A stretch of 63,982 bases of DNA, counting the filler, from Thelocarpon superellum (Eukaryota), in NCBI GenBank assembly GCA_026025795.1. It is 3 parts of 3 records of this genome, joined end to end, with 100 filler letters (N's around TTAATTAATTAA, not from the genome) between each part and the next. Parts side by side here need not be neighbours in the genome. Positions count along the whole stretch, not along the records: positions 43,473 to 63,982 come from JAPEUG010000323.1; 2 more parts are not named here. The stretch is one strand, 5' to 3'. Positions 63,891-63,982 of the stretch are shown in pieces. The notes beneath the pieces are model-generated. The model was not told the origin of the DNA. It ran no database searches and saw only the letters and a list, made by a program, of their open reading frames with translations. Made by a program: the position numbers and the translations under genes. Position 1 is the first letter of the stretch. Each line of letters begins with the position of its first letter.

Positions 63891-63982
63891 TCCATCTCCT
63901 TTTGATTTCATTTACGATGCCTCTCTTCCAAGGATAACTTTGAAGGAAGATGGAGAAGCCAGAATATCCGCCACCGAGAATG

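Overview
GC-rich, intron-containing genomic DNA from a filamentous ascomycete (Pezizomycotina-type genes and splice signals). It is a pseudomolecule of at least three contigs joined by artificial 100-nt N-TTAATTAATTAA-N linkers (21673-21772, 43373-43472). Housekeeping genes: eIF4E-binding protein, Prp22, Git3/Gpr1-type GPCR, UCH deubiquitinase, SUN-domain protein, UDP-glucose 4-epimerase, Pmp3/Sna3-like protein, Puf3-type Pumilio protein, GPI13, SPT small subunit, Srp1, fimbrin, DDHD phospholipase A1, MIT-domain and MARVEL-like proteins. Between them lie accessory genes: an ankyrin protein and several secreted proteins, including a KP4-like toxin and an M35-like protein lacking HExxH. The most notable non-genic signal is a 90-bp TGTAGGA...TCCTACA mini-element in four copies. 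Three copies have perfect, different 4-bp target-site duplications, all four lie upstream of genes, and each carries CACGTG and ACGCGT palindromes. One copy is nested in a second TGTTG...CAACA solo-LTR-like family. Near the right end are a decayed ~140-bp tandem-repeat relic and a trypsin-like protease pseudogene next to the KP4-like gene. All assignments come from reading the sequence; no database searches were run.
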